Assembly: GCA_963737155.1 (NCBI GenBank)
Contig: CAVTRN010000002.1
Location: 480,001 to 544,000, forward strand
Origin: Nitrospirota bacterium
Lineage (GTDB): Bacteria; Nitrospirota; UBA9217
Reading direction: 5' to 3'
DNA: 64,000 bases
A program made the position numbers and the translations under genes. How positions within the stretch are numbered: the first letter of the stretch is position 1; every line of letters starts with the position of its first letter. Below, piece by piece: positions 1-10,716 of the stretch. The notes below the pieces were generated by a model that was given only the letters and a program-made list of their open reading frames with translations, was not told where the DNA came from and made no database searches.

Positions 1-1
1 T

Positions 2-568
2 ACGACGAAGGAAGTGGGGAAAGGCTCGGGCCTCGGCTTATCGATTGTATACGGGATAATAAAGCAGCATCATGGCTACATCAATGTTTATAGTGAACCG
101 GGAAAAGGGACAACGTTCAAGATATATCTTCCTCTGTGCGAAAGAGAGGCTGAAAGACGACCTTTGACTGCTGACAACCCACAAGAGAAATTACCAAGGG
201 GGACGGAAACCGTGCTGGTCGCCGAGGATGATAAAACACTGCGGAAGCTATCCCATACGGTGCTCGAGGAGTTTGGTTATACAGTGATTGAAGCGGAGGA
301 TGGGGCAGACGCCGTGAACAAGTTTATCATGCATAAAGACATCATCAAACTCGTTATCCTTGATATGATCATGCCAAAGAAGAACGGCCGAGAAGTTTAT
401 CAAGAGATAAAAAAGGTACAGCCTGTGATAAAAGCACTTTTCGTAAGCGGATACTCGGCTGATAAGAGAATTTCCGAGGATCTCCTGGATAAAGGCATAG
501 AATTTCTTATGAAACCGCTCTCACCGATGGTCCTACTAAAAAAAGTGAGAGATGTACTGGATTCATAA
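2..568 (+). CDS. Hybrid sensor histidine kinase, C-terminal part (HATPase end + receiver domain); 5'-truncated by window
   Basis: [24 protein letters not shown]2 box, then REC motifs VLVAEDD, LDMIMP, FLMKP; frame open to window start. Confidence 0.9.
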   Translation, partial: TTKEVGKGSGLGLSIVYGIIKQHHGYINVYSEPGKGTTFKIYLPLCEREAERRPLTADNPQEKLPRGTETVLVAEDDKTLRKLSHTVLEEFGYTVIEAEDGADAVNKFIMHKDIIKLVILDMIMPKKNGREVYQEIKKVQPVIKALFVSGYSADKRISEDLLDKGIEFLMKPLSPMVLLKKVRDVLDS

Positions 569-857
569 TGAGTGTCGCATAGAGGGTGCCCGCAAGGGTT
601 TTGCTATATATCTCTTTAGTCGGGTCATATTGAATGCTTGCGGTCGGTAGAATTACGACACTCTAGTCGAAGAACTATTCCAGTGAGATTGTTGGGGAAT
701 TGTAGAACTGCCAGGAGAATAGCATTTCTGAAGGCGACACCGAAACACAGAACTCGGATGGATTCGCATCAGATAAATCGCGGTAATATAGCGAATGTGT
801 TCATCTTCCCGCATGTAATATGCGCACTCAAAAAGATTAAAAGTGACCCGATAAATG

Positions 858-1511
858 TTATTTCAAAGTGCGATATTTTTCGGCTAATTCTGCTGCTGTG
901 CCAGCATTTAAGTCATCACCGGCGGCCCGATACGCTTCGGCTAAATGTTGGTACGTCTCGGCTAGGTATGTAGAATTGCCCTTTGGCAGCAATTCCACTG
1001 CTTCTTTCAGCGCAGATATCGACTCCGGGATTCTGCCCAGCCGCAGATAAACCACTCCCATTGTATCCAGGTAGTAGGCCCGGTGTTCCGGGGTCTCCGT
1101 AATGGCTTTCCTGATAAGAGTCTCGGCCTTGTCTGTACTGGTGTGCTGCTCCAGATAGACCCAGCACAGATTGTTATAGATGTCCCCGTTTTCCGGCTGG
1201 AGCTTTATGGCCTTCTTGTATGCGGACTCTGCATCGGAATAATTCTTCATCCGGAAAGAAAGATCGCCCAAAAGCAGTAGGGAAGTCGTGGACTTTGGGT
1301 CTTTTTTGAGCGCAGCGCGATATTGCTCTGCGGCAAGATCGTATTTCTGCTGAGACTCATAGATTCCACCGAGCTTGTTATGCTCCTCGACCGAGAGTGG
1401 ATCATTAAGAATAATGACCCTTGGAAGTGAACAACTAGAAATGAAGATTAACGCCAGGACGTAAGTGATTGTCGCATATGTGCGGATTTCGGATGAATAG
1501 TTATTGCACAT
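858..1511 (-). CDS. TPR-repeat lipoprotein
   Basis: Hydrophobic N-terminus with lipobox-like ISSC; TPR repeats (EHNKLGGIYESQQKYDLAAEQYRAAL, YNNLCWVY, YYLDTMGVVY); start moved to ATG 1511. Confidence 0.85.
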   Translation of the reverse strand: MCNNYSSEIRTYATITYVLALIFISSCSLPRVIILNDPLSVEEHNKLGGIYESQQKYDLAAEQYRAALKKDPKSTTSLLLLGDLSFRMKNYSDAESAYKKAIKLQPENGDIYNNLCWVYLEQHTSTDKAETLIRKAITETPEHRAYYLDTMGVVYLRLGRIPESISALKEAVELLPKGNSTYLAETYQHLAEAYRAAGDDLNAGTAAELAEKYRTLK

Positions 1512-2121
1512 GACGAGTCCCGTCTGACCTGGGTTCGATCTTGAGCATCCAATTACCCGCCCTGGCCCACTCCTTGTTGAATTTATCATAGCCGATCAGA
1601 CTGTTCGGCGTCGAACCGTCATGGCATATGACAATGTCATGAACATCGTCATATCCGATCGCCGTTATATAGTGCGGCTGATGATAGAGGCTGAACCCGA
1701 GGTCGAGCAGGCAGATGACTGGAGTTCCTTTACGGATAGCAAATTTTAATTCCGCGAGCGTCCCAGAGGAGGAAATTGTTTCGAATCCCGCTTTGCGAGC
1801 AAAATCTTCCATGTCCATCGGTAGTGTACCGCCGAGCTTAGGGAGATAGACTGTTGCGGTAATGGTCTTCAGACTTACTGGATGGCCCCAAAATGCGAAT
1901 ATGCTTGCGAGAGCTGCCGGACCGCAGGTGGATTCACTTTGCCGATAAAAGGGTACGTTTTCTATATAGTGACCGCGTGTTTTCAGACCCGGCCACAAAT
2001 CAGCGAAATTCCTTTTGGCGCATCCCGTTGGGAAACTAACGATCAAAAGAAGCGAGAAAAGAATAACGGGCCATGCGCATGTTATATCGTGTACGCGGCC
2101 CATAGGATTATGGCGTTCCAT
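1501..2121 (-). CDS. C39-like cysteine peptidase (PA2778 family), probable lipoprotein
   Basis: VPFYRQ..TCGPAALA (catalytic Cys), HYITAIGYD (His), HDG (Asp); lipobox-like PTGC; adjacent to PA2779-like genes. Confidence 0.85.
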   Translation of the reverse strand: MERHNPMGRVHDITCAWPVILFSLLLIVSFPTGCAKRNFADLWPGLKTRGHYIENVPFYRQSESTCGPAALASIFAFWGHPVSLKTITATVYLPKLGGTLPMDMEDFARKAGFETISSSGTLAELKFAIRKGTPVICLLDLGFSLYHQPHYITAIGYDDVHDIVICHDGSTPNSLIGYDKFNKEWARAGNWMLKIEPRSDGTRHVQ

Positions 2122-2544
2122 CTATCTGATCTCAACACGATGCTGAAGCAGGTAGACGAGAACAACAACGAGAAGAGCCACGACAAGAAGGCCTACGATC
2201 AACCCGCCGACGTCCCCTCCCGCCTGAAGTGATGCTGTGTGCGTCGCGAGTTGACTTATCTGCTCGTCGGACATCGTATTGATTCGTGACATAACTTCCT
2301 CGGGGGAGAGTCCATAATCCAGAAGTTTTTGCCTCACGATCTTCGATTCAAGCGCAGTCCTTATCCTAACCATGTCCGCAGTTCTACCGGCTGACATTAT
2401 CGCCGCGCCGGAAACATCCTGATGTGGTGCAGCAGGGAGGAACATTGCCTCAGCCGGCTGAGCGAAGGTAGAAACCGCGATGAGCGCTGCTACCAGATAG
2501 AGTATGAGCGGCTTTGCATAGAACGCCTTGAGCATACCATTCAT
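2122..2544 (-). CDS. PA2779-family protein
   Basis: Signal peptide (AEA-MF), RQKLLDYGLSPEE..RINTMSDEQI core, LQAGG followed by hydrophobic C-terminal helix and basic tail; GGAGG RBS. Confidence 0.85.
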   Translation of the reverse strand: MNGMLKAFYAKPLILYLVAALIAVSTFAQPAEAMFLPAAPHQDVSGAAIMSAGRTADMVRIRTALESKIVRQKLLDYGLSPEEVMSRINTMSDEQISQLATHTASLQAGGDVGGLIVGLLVVALLVVVLVYLLQHRVEIR

Positions 2545-2576
2545 CTTGATTACCTCCAATTCTAGCGATAACCTTG

Positions 2577-2966
2577 CTACTTCGTGATTATCACTCTGTG
2601 ACCCGTGGTCTCAAGTACGACAATTGTGATAATCGCCACAAGGAGGAGAAATATCACGATGCCAAGACCATCGTCTGCACCTGCCTGTAGAGAGTCCAGG
2701 TTTGCGGCAAGCTGATGTGTCTGTGCGTCAGAGAGCCTGTTGATCCGCGCCTGGGCATTATCCGCGGTGAGTCCGAAATCCATGAGCCGTTGTCTGATCA
2801 GGTTCGACTCGAGCGCTTTCTGAATGGTGTCCAAGTCGGCTTTTCGGCTCGTTGTCATCTGGTTGGCGGGAATGAACATCGCCCAACCCTGCACGGGCAG
2901 GGTGAGGGTAAACATCGCAAGCATCAGATAGGCAGAAAGCAATTTCATGAATGTATTTTTCCTCAT
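2577..2966 (-). CDS. PA2779-family protein (paralog)
   Basis: Signal peptide (GWA-MF), RQRLMDFGLT..RINRLSD core, LQAGA + hydrophobic tail; AGGAGG RBS. Confidence 0.85.
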   Translation of the reverse strand: MRKNTFMKLLSAYLMLAMFTLTLPVQGWAMFIPANQMTTSRKADLDTIQKALESNLIRQRLMDFGLTADNAQARINRLSDAQTHQLAANLDSLQAGADDGLGIVIFLLLVAIITIVVLETTGHRVIITK

Positions 2967-3566
2967 GAGTTTGCCTCCTTTCATAAGTAATTACCATGTC
3001 GAATATTTAAATACCCAAACTTACTATTAATTTAATTATACCAGTGTTCACTCAAACCAGAGCACTCGTGCAAGAACTTTTTTTCATCCTACTTTTTCTA
3101 AGCGAGCCTTTCATTTACACCTGTGATGCGATGATGGTGAAATTCGTGTTTTCCCATATCCCAGTCTTTACCTAATACGTAAATGCTCCCTTACCCAAGA
3201 GGGTTGGCGGATTGTAAGACTGCACAAAAAGCCCTGTCAGAATTCAAAGGGCAGACCACTTCGATCCTTTTGGATGCGAATTTTAGTTACCGCATTGATC
3301 GTCGGCTTTATTTATTGACATAAACTTCCAATTCTAAACATTTCTCTACTGATCACATAGCGGGACCTCGTGCCCTTTCACATATCCTGCCTTCTCGCTC
3401 CATGTGATCACAAGCTTCTTGGAATTAGCCAGAGGCACGTTGCCGCGATTTCCAAGAGTGTCTTCTACTGTACGGGTGCCGCGGACATGCCTCTTTAGTT
3501 TTCAAAAAACTTTTGACAGAACCTCCATTGCGTCGAGGTTGGTTCTCTTCATGCCACTCACTGCGA

Positions 3567-5501
3567 TCAAGGAGCTGTAACCGTCCGCGGTGCCGAGCGG
3601 TTCAGGTTTTCTTCAAAATTCTGAACAAAGAGGTGATCAAGAATCTGGACAGTCAGGATGATCGACAAAGCGCTGTTCAACCTTCTCTTCAACAGTGAGT
3701 TGGAGGAAAGCAGCTTCAAAATCCATCGCGATGCAAGGACTTGTCGATAACTGAAAATGCCGCTTTTCGCGATGGCTTCACGGCTGAGATATTTATCGAA
3801 AAGGGTTTCTAGCCCGGGCCATCGCCCCTTTTCGATCCACAGAGGTGGGGCGGAGTAGGGCCATTTCTTCCGTGAGCAGATAGCCTCGGTGAGTCGCTCC
3901 CTGAAGGCTTCGCGCAGAATATATTTCTCCACGCCGTTACGAATCTTGAAACGGTCCGGGATGCGGCGCGCCGCTTCAAAGAGATGGTGGTCCAGGAAAG
4001 GAGTCCTGCCTTCAATGGAATGTCCCAATTCAGGTCGGTCGCCAAGGACAGTGAGCAGGTAAGGGGCGAGCATGTTCTTGATCCAGGCATATTGCATTTT
4101 CCTCGCCAATGGCCGCCCTTCCGTCTGATCCCGATCGATGCGCTTCACAAGCCTCTCAAGGGGATGGCGTGCGGTAAGCCGGGGCCTGTGTTTCCTGTCG
4201 AAAAAGCCGAGAACGAGTTTTTGAACTTTCGGCGACAGCGTAAAAACGTAGTCCGGCATGGGGACGAACCCGAGTGTTTCCAGCATCCCACCTGTCTGCG
4301 AGCGCTTCGGCGCCTCTTGCCCTTTCAGCTTGTTTACCATCTGATCGAGGAGCGACCCTTTCCCCGACTGGAAAATGATGTACCCCAGGAACACCTCATC
4401 AGCACCCTCCCCGGTGAGGATGACTTTTACGTGCTTGCGCGCGAGACTCGACAGCATGAATTTTCCGACGCCGTGGAAGTTGCTAAAGGGCAACTCCGTC
4501 ACCCAGATACAATCCTCAGTATTTGCCAGGAGTGCTTCAGGACCGCACTCGATGGAGTGGAACTCCGCCCCAATCTGCGCCGCCATCTCCCGCGACAGCC
4601 GGTCTTCATCGAATGCCTCGTCCTGTGGGAAGGAGATGTTGAAAGCCAGCACCTTTTCGCGGTGATATTCGGCAACCGTGGCTGCGACGATTGCCGAATC
4701 GATCCCCCCGCTGAGATAGACGCCTACGGGAACGTCGGCTCTGAGGCGCAAGCGTACGGCCTCGTCGAATTTCTCCCGAACCATTGCAAGGCAGCGGTCA
4801 AAATCCGTTTCGTCCACTGCGTCCTTTTCTGGCGGCAGATCACAGTCCCAGTAACGCTTCATTTCGTGCGTGCCTTCTCTTAGGTTCGCAACGAGCAGAC
4901 ATCCTGGTGGGACGGCTTCGACCGCCTCGAACATCGAGTCAGGGATCACCATGCTGAAAAAATCGCGTATGGCTTCAATGCTGAGCCGGGGAGTGAGCAA
5001 TCCAGTTGCCATCATTGCCTTGGCCTCCGATGCAAAAATCAGACGTCCCTCCTGATCGTTGAAGAAAAGCGGCTTAATCCCGAATCGATCTCGGACAGCC
5101 AGCAATTTTTGGTTGCGCCGGTCATAGAGGAGGAAGGCAAACTCACCACGGAGGTGATCGACAAAAGCGAGGTCGTATTGCTGGTACAAATGGATAATCA
5201 CTTCGGAGTCGCTGCCGGTGCGGAACACGTGACTGTGAAAGATCAGATCTTCGCGCAAGCGCTCGAAATCGTAGATCTCACCGTTACAGACGAGGACGAT
5301 ATCCCCGTCCTCTGAATACAGGGGTTGGGCCCCGGTCGCCAGGTCGATGATGGAAAGCCGCGCATGTCCCAGGGCCACGGGGAATTCGGGGTCAAGGAAC
5401 GTCCCGCTGCCGTCTGGTCCGCGATGGTGCATCGAATTGATAGCTCGCTGCAGTGTCTGTTCGGAAACGGAATGGCCCATCACCCCCACGATCCCGCACA
5501 T
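3567..5501 (-). CDS. asnB: Asparagine synthase (glutamine-hydrolysing) family amidotransferase
   Basis: MCGIVG Ntn start, HRGPDG, RLSIIDL, NGEIY, RDRFGIKPL, LSGGIDS, TGEGADE, RTPFLD; GGAGGTG RBS before ATG 5501. Confidence 0.93.
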   Translation of the reverse strand: MCGIVGVMGHSVSEQTLQRAINSMHHRGPDGSGTFLDPEFPVALGHARLSIIDLATGAQPLYSEDGDIVLVCNGEIYDFERLREDLIFHSHVFRTGSDSEVIIHLYQQYDLAFVDHLRGEFAFLLYDRRNQKLLAVRDRFGIKPLFFNDQEGRLIFASEAKAMMATGLLTPRLSIEAIRDFFSMVIPDSMFEAVEAVPPGCLLVANLREGTHEMKRYWDCDLPPEKDAVDETDFDRCLAMVREKFDEAVRLRLRADVPVGVYLSGGIDSAIVAATVAEYHREKVLAFNISFPQDEAFDEDRLSREMAAQIGAEFHSIECGPEALLANTEDCIWVTELPFSNFHGVGKFMLSSLARKHVKVILTGEGADEVFLGYIIFQSGKGSLLDQMVNKLKGQEAPKRSQTGGMLETLGFVPMPDYVFTLSPKVQKLVLGFFDRKHRPRLTARHPLERLVKRIDRDQTEGRPLARKMQYAWIKNMLAPYLLTVLGDRPELGHSIEGRTPFLDHHLFEAARRIPDRFKIRNGVEKYILREAFRERLTEAICSRKKWPYSAPPLWIEKGRWPGLETLFDKYLSREAIAKSGIFSYRQVLASRWILKLLSSNSLLKRRLNSALSIILTVQILDHLFVQNFEENLNRSAPRTVTAP

Positions 5502-5886
5502 ATCACACCTCCCATGGAACTTGGTCTTTCTTGGGATTCGCCCTACGCGCAGCGAGGGGAGAACCACATTGAGCAGACCCCCTAGATAAATCCGGTTTTT
5601 CGGTGTTATTTAGTTTAGTAGTGAACTTGCTTATCACCTATGGTGCTTTCGACCATATGCTTGTTTTCCAGTGAGGCAACCTCTTTGATAAGGGATTCTA
5701 TTGGTAAACGTTAATAATTTTCCAAAAGAAATTTTCAATGAACCAAAAAATTTGTAACATCAACACTCGAGGAAGAGATATATTAATTAGGGGATAGATG
5801 ACCAGATCAGGATAGCAGGCAAAATATTTATTTGTAATCTACCCAAGACAGTAATCTCCTGCCAGGAATGTATCTTATAGTCTCTT

Positions 5887-6771
5887 TTATCGCACCAGGT
5901 GCATCCGCTGGTGCACCTGGATGCGCATTCCCTTCGCATAACCACTCGCCATGTAATCTGTTGTGTGCATAATTGCGAGACGGCCCATCCTGTCGAGAGC
6001 AATGAGGCCGGCCTGGCCGTGAATGCGAAGCAGGCCTTTTAGAGCTGCACGTGCTGCTGAAGCGGGTGTCCCATCCACCATCAGCAAACAAGTCTCTTTT
6101 GCGAGGGATCTTCTCAGGATGTGTTCTCCTGACCCGGTGCAGGAAACGGCACCGCTCACGTTCTCCGCGTAGGTTCCGGCGCCGATGATCGGCGAGTCTC
6201 CCACCCGTCCGGGGAGCATTGCGTAGGTTCCGCCGGTGGATGTTCCCGCCGCCAAATTTCCTCTTACATCCAGCGCAACTGCTCCCACGGTCGAGAAATA
6301 TTTCTGGTAGAGCCGGACGACCTCTTGTTCCCGCTGAAGAAGCTTCTTCAATTTCTCCCGCAATTCCTTTGACGGCCTGGGAAGCCGCGCAAGACCTCTT
6401 GCGATCCTGCACGCGCCCATATCCGTCATGAGCACATGCGGGGTGTTCATCACCCTTCTTGCCGCCTGGATGGGATTGCGAAAGCCTTCAAGACCGGCAA
6501 CTGCCCCAGCTTTCATTTCTGTTCCTTCCATAAGCGAGGCATCGAACCTCTGTACGCCATCGAGCTGCAGCACTCCACCCAGTCCCGCGTTGAACATACC
6601 AGAGTTCTCCATGACGGTTACTGATGCGACTACAGCGTCAAGGCTACAGCCCCCGTTCAAAAGGATCGTGTAGCCTTTTGCAAGAGATTCTGCCAAGACA
6701 TCGAGAGACGGTTTTTTTGGCGGCTTATATCCAGCGCCACCGTGCACGAGGAGTACCGGATTCGCTTTCAT
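5887..6771 (-). CDS. Isoaspartyl peptidase/L-asparaginase (Ntn hydrolase)
   Basis: LVHGGAG, FNAG.G, DASLMEG, STVGAVA (catalytic Thr), GTSTGG, GRVGDSP, CTGSGE. Confidence 0.93.
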   Translation of the reverse strand: MKANPVLLVHGGAGYKPPKKPSLDVLAESLAKGYTILLNGGCSLDAVVASVTVMENSGMFNAGLGGVLQLDGVQRFDASLMEGTEMKAGAVAGLEGFRNPIQAARRVMNTPHVLMTDMGACRIARGLARLPRPSKELREKLKKLLQREQEVVRLYQKYFSTVGAVALDVRGNLAAGTSTGGTYAMLPGRVGDSPIIGAGTYAENVSGAVSCTGSGEHILRRSLAKETCLLMVDGTPASAARAALKGLLRIHGQAGLIALDRMGRLAIMHTTDYMASGYAKGMRIQVHQRMHLVR

Positions 6772-6917
6772 AGCTCGAGCGTACAATAACGGAAGGGAAA
6801 AGGCAAGAGGAGTTCAGGTTGATTTCGCGCCAAAAAAATCGGAAGGGATGACCCATAATTTCAGAGTGAAATGTTTATTTGCCAATACTGGCAACTGCTG
6901 CGAAGTACAGGAAGTCA

Positions 6918-7259
6918 TCAAACTTCTCCAATCCCTCCTTCAACTGAGTCGACAACTAACTTTTCTGCAACTGCAAGGATCTTTTCCGCTGTCTTCTCAA
7001 TAACTTCATCACACGTTTTTGCCTTTGACAGAATAAAATAACTTTGTTTTTCGAGAAAGCTGATGATTTGTTCATGCTTGATCTTATTTTCATCGAAATG
7101 AATTAATGCGCTGCCGATAACAGCGTTGGTTTCTACCGATGTTATTCCTTCCAATTTTTGTATCGTATTTCCGAATGTCGCCGCATTCTGCGGATTACTG
7201 TGGATGAACGGAGTTTGAATTCTTATTCTCCCGTGCACGTAATGGTAATAATAATCCAT
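6918..7259 (-). CDS. HMA2-like domain protein
   Basis: HYVHGRIRI...LEGITSVETNAVIGSALIHFD pattern; GAGG RBS. Confidence 0.7.
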   Translation of the reverse strand: MDYYYHYVHGRIRIQTPFIHSNPQNAATFGNTIQKLEGITSVETNAVIGSALIHFDENKIKHEQIISFLEKQSYFILSKAKTCDEVIEKTAEKILAVAEKLVVDSVEGGIGEV

Positions 7260-7628
7260 GAAAACCTCGCCTTCATATTTTGCACTGCACTGAATTGTGT
7301 GTTAGGCAAATCTGTGCTCATTATACTACAATAAACTTATAAAAACACTAGGCAATGGTCAATCCCTTTTTGGACGACCAGCATATTTATATTCTCCTCT
7401 AAGGATATGGCGTTCGCATCTTTGACTCAGCACCAGATATTGTATCGGGTGGAGAACTGGAATTTTGACGATGATGAATGAAGGCTGACGCACTATGAGT
7501 TCCAAGGAACTGAAACTTCAACAGCTACAGATAAGACATCGCGTAGAACGTTACAGGCGATAAACTTCATCTCTATTAAACTCAGATGCGCGACCTTCCA
7601 CAGTATCTAAGACGAGACGAGTGGTAGG

Positions 7629-8903
7629 TTAAACTTTCCAAAACAATAATGATTCCACCGCATCCAATGCAAAAACAGGAATATGCAATTTATCGTACAC
7701 TTCTTTTCGCTCCGCAAATGAATCGTCAATAAACACAGCGTTCATATTTGTAATGTAATCGCATTTCCTTTCGTTTTCACGCAAGACAAATATTTCATCA
7801 AACAACAGCTCGCTAATTGCGAATGTCTTCAGACTCTCCTTAACATCCTGGTTATGCTTGGAAAGCAGAACTATTTTTTTACCCATGTTTCTTGACTGAT
7901 AAAGAAACTTCATGATATTTGTATTTACCGAATTATTGATAACGACCGTGTCATCAAAGTCAATATATACGCAAGAATAATCCAGGGTTATTGAATATCT
8001 TGCAAATAAAGCACGATCTATTTCTATGTCAAGATTGTTGCGAAAACAACTTACGCCAATTCCCATCCTGTCAAATAAGCTTAACTGTATGAAGTTAACG
8101 CCGTCTGCTCTAAATAGCGCCATTGTTCCTGCAATTCTCGGAGCAATTTCCATTAAAACAAGCTCGCCGCTGGCTCGTTCTTTAACCTGATAAAACCAGA
8201 CACCTCGAAATGATAGTGTCTTATTTATAATTTCTCCAATCTTTTGGAATCGAACATCAGTCACCTCCTTTGAATTTACACTGATGCCGTTATTAATCCT
8301 TGATCTTTCTCGTCCTGCGATAAATAATAGGGCTCTGTTTTTATCTGTAAAACAATCGATAGTATATTCTTTCCCGGGTAGATATTCTAATGCGAGTAAT
8401 GTTGGGTCTTTCTTTAAATAAAATTCGGCTTCCTCAATTGTGTTTACCTTATAAGTTCCTTTTGTTCCTTGATCATCATCTGGCTTCAAAAAAATTGGGA
8501 AACTCATTTTCTCGGTTTTAGAATAAACTTTCGGAGTTGGTACAAGCTTTTCAAACAACTCATAAGTTTTCCCTTTTGATCTGCAAATTCTACATGTTTC
8601 CTTACAAGATGTAATTACCGTTGCCTTAATCATATCTTGATTTTCAGCCATTTTTATAACAGCAGAATCATGTGCTGGTACGATAAAATCAATGCTGTAT
8701 CGTTCTGCAACTTTGTTTATTTCTTCTATGAAATTTGGAGCGTCTACAAAGGGAAGACCCCCAACATAATTTTTATAGACAAATTTGCCATGGTCATCAA
8801 TGCTATTTGCCCCAAACAATGTAAAGTGCATTGAATCAGCCAAGGCACGATTCACTTCTAACCCAACTTCTGAACCACATGGGAATACTAATATATTTTT
8901 CAT
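7629..8903 (-). CDS. ATP-grasp protein with C-terminal HAD-like domain
   Basis: FPIFLKP, EYLPGKEYTIDC, LMEIAPRIAG; C-terminal YIDFDDT and FIDDSF HAD motifs; AT-rich relative to flanks. Confidence 0.8.
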   Translation of the reverse strand: MKNILVFPCGSEVGLEVNRALADSMHFTLFGANSIDDHGKFVYKNYVGGLPFVDAPNFIEEINKVAERYSIDFIVPAHDSAVIKMAENQDMIKATVITSCKETCRICRSKGKTYELFEKLVPTPKVYSKTEKMSFPIFLKPDDDQGTKGTYKVNTIEEAEFYLKKDPTLLALEYLPGKEYTIDCFTDKNRALLFIAGRERSRINNGISVNSKEVTDVRFQKIGEIINKTLSFRGVWFYQVKERASGELVLMEIAPRIAGTMALFRADGVNFIQLSLFDRMGIGVSCFRNNLDIEIDRALFARYSITLDYSCVYIDFDDTVVINNSVNTNIMKFLYQSRNMGKKIVLLSKHNQDVKESLKTFAISELLFDEIFVLRENERKCDYITNMNAVFIDDSFAERKEVYDKLHIPVFALDAVESLLFWKV

Positions 8904-9180
8904 ATTTTAGCGGGCGTTGTATCTAAACACAGGAGTCTATAGGTATTCTGAACGCTGTCTATTATTCACTAAGCGGGGCCGTGATCGGGTCTAACTGTTT
9001 AGCTTTACACCCGGGATGGAAATTGAGAAAAATGCCGACCCCGATGACGAATATCGGATCGACGATAAAGGCTTCCTGATGGGTGGACATAGTCCATCCC
9101 AAAGCGTACCCAATGGTGGAAGAGTCTATCATCCCCCACAAAAAGACTCCCTACAATCACGTTGATCAACTGGTATTAAA

Positions 9181-9242
9181 AATTATAGTTTATCAGAAGA
9201 AACATGACGGGAACATGACGGGAAGATTACAATTTTGTCATC
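9181..9242 (-). promoter_or_regulatory. CusR/OmpR-family binding array with -10 box, overlapping the kinase stop codon
   Basis: Minus strand ATGACAAAATTGTAAT (CusR-box-like) plus GTCAT half-sites at 11-bp spacing, then TATAAT at 9183-9188. Confidence 0.65.
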
Positions 9243-10716
9243 TTGCTGCTACTGGGGCAGAAGGAAATCGCAGAATGAACGTAGTCCCCCTCTCCAGTAT
9301 GCTCTTTACCGATATCGTGGCGCCGTGGATATCCGTTATGGTCTTTACAATGGCGAGACCGAGCCCCGTCCCTTCGGGATGGAGCGCGCGTGCAGGGTTG
9401 GCCCGGTAGAATCGATTAAAAATATGCGGAAGGTGTTCTGGTGCGATACCGACACCCGTATCGCTCACCCTGATTTCCGTGAAGGAACGACCTTCAGCTT
9501 GTTGGACGTCGATGGAAATTCTGCCGCCAGTCGGAGTATACTTGAGGCTGTTGGACAGCAGGTTGCTGACCGCACGCTGAAATAACGATGCATCGGCCCA
9601 CACCGGAGCATCGCCCGAGCAAGTCACTTCAATCCCATATTCATCGGCCAGGACCTCATAGTACTGCCGGACCACTTCAATCTCCTCTGCGGCGTTGAAG
9701 AGGGTTTTTGCGTTGGTCGTCCACGACTCTTCCGAACGTGCGAGGAAGAGGAGGTTGTCAATCAGACGGGTGAGCTTCCGGTACTCTTCTATGTTCGATT
9801 CGAGGACACGCTGGTATTCATCAGGCGTTCTGGCGCGTGTGAGCGCCACCTCCGCTTCACCCATCAAGTTGTTAATGGGCGTTCGTAGTTCATGCGCCAG
9901 ATCAGCAGAAAACCTCGACAACCGGACAAAAGATCCCTCAAGCCTGTTGAGCATCCCGTCAAATGCGACAGCGAGCGCAGAAAGCTCCGCAGGCCATTGC
10001 CTTGTGCCGATCCGTTCGTCGAGCTGGGTGGCTGTTATTCGTTGGACAGTGCCGGCAATTTCCCGCAAAGGCCGTAGTCCCTTCCGGACGGCGAAGACGC
10101 CGATGCCGGCCGACAAGACCACCCCAAACAATACGCCGGCGATGATGTTTCTCCTATAGTCCGCAAGGACCGTGTTGGTGTGGGAGATATCCAGCGCCAG
10201 ATGCAGGACATACCGTCCTCCCCCTTCCTGCCCAAGCGGTGCCCAGGCGGACATGAGCAGGATAGGTTTGCCCTGCACGGTTCTCCAGAGAGCAACCTCA
10301 TTAGTGGTTTCGCTGGCACGGTTTGGGGAAGGAAAGGGTATCGGGCCCACGGAAAGATCATCCATGCCGGGAGTCACCATCACCTCTTTGTCGCCGTCAA
10401 GCACCCTGACATAAAATTTAAAATATTGATGCGAGGGCTCTTCTTCCTCAACTTCTCTTCGAAGGAGATCAGGATCGGCCAAATGGTTGTGTAAAATACT
10501 ACGCAAGACCTGAACATTATCAGCCAAAAATTTGATGTTTTCCTTTTCCAGACTGGTAGAGATCATCCAGTAAAGGAATCCCGCCGTCAACATAAGCAAA
10601 ACGGCAGTTGAAAGAATGTAGATGATGGTGAGGCGCGCCGTGATGGATGAGAAAAACGATGCAAAGAGACGGGCACCGCGGTTGGCCAAGCGTTTATCAG
10701 CGTTCTTCAAGGACAT
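9238..10716 (-). CDS. Heavy-metal sensor histidine kinase (CusS/CzcS family)
   Basis: Two TM helices, [17 protein letters not shown]-box, N/G1/F/G2 boxes; overlaps the regulator stop. Confidence 0.92.
   Translation of the reverse strand: MSLKNADKRLANRGARLFASFFSSITARLTIIYILSTAVLLMLTAGFLYWMISTSLEKENIKFLADNVQVLRSILHNHLADPDLLRREVEEEEPSHQYFKFYVRVLDGDKEVMVTPGMDDLSVGPIPFPSPNRASETTNEVALWRTVQGKPILLMSAWAPLGQEGGGRYVLHLALDISHTNTVLADYRRNIIAGVLFGVVLSAGIGVFAVRKGLRPLREIAGTVQRITATQLDERIGTRQWPAELSALAVAFDGMLNRLEGSFVRLSRFSADLAHELRTPINNLMGEAEVALTRARTPDEYQRVLESNIEEYRKLTRLIDNLLFLARSEESWTTNAKTLFNAAEEIEVVRQYYEVLADEYGIEVTCSGDAPVWADASLFQRAVSNLLSNSLKYTPTGGRISIDVQQAEGRSFTEIRVSDTGVGIAPEHLPHIFNRFYRANPARALHPEGTGLGLAIVKTITDIHGATISVKSILERGTTFILRFPSAPVAAR

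Noticed and set aside
3000-5800. Lasso-peptide cluster around the AsnB homolog
   Set aside because: Intact N-terminal Cys glutaminase domain; no B1/B2 proteins or precursor peptide seen
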